Source: Betaproteobacteria bacterium (GTDB lineage: Bacteria > Pseudomonadota > Gammaproteobacteria > Burkholderiales > Burkholderiaceae_C). Taken from it: DNA of 61,433 nucleotides. Each line of letters begins with the position of its first letter. Within the stretch, counting starts at the first letter, position 1. The stretch lies in NCBI GenBank assembly GCA_031363785.1, contig JANLVB010000328.1, forward strand, positions 1-61,433. The letters are read 5' to 3'. The notes below the pieces were generated by a model. The model worked only from the letters and a program-made list of their open reading frames with translations, had not been told where the DNA came from and did no database searches. Shown in pieces: positions 61,409-61,433 of this stretch. Both the position numbers and the translations under genes were made by a program.

Positions 61409-61433
61409 GGGTGATTCTCCGGCAGGGTATTAC

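Overview
GC-rich betaproteobacterial chromosome segment; gene content and order are typical of Burkholderiales/Comamonadaceae (inference). Most of it is core genome: gshB-benE-kup-gshA, uvrA, mnmA, ssb, a HiPIP, a complete system I cytochrome c maturation operon (ccmA-I), pntAaAbB, corA, hpf-ptsN-hprK, and fur-bamE-dapB-exbBD-leuS-lptE-holA. Accessory patches carry four TA modules and a Fic gene. I saw no rRNA, tRNA, CRISPR array, transposase or integrase. Two structures stand out. (1) At 0.5-6.9 kb there is a head-to-tail array of orphan ABC_sub_bind (PF04392-type) genes. Three unannotated mini-ORFs carry the family's C-terminal '...LLLRADEVIx*' tail; one is a 36-aa N-terminus+C-terminus internal-deletion derivative. 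The tails overlap the next gene's start (ATGA) and supply its Shine-Dalgarno, and TA/ATPase-nuclease cargo is interleaved, so the array looks cassette-like. (2) A dispersed ~63-nt repeat (4 copies) sits at gene junctions and forms chains of start/stop-overlapping mini-ORFs that keep an operon translationally coupled. Family assignments come from motif recognition, not database searches, and novelty could not be checked against the literature.
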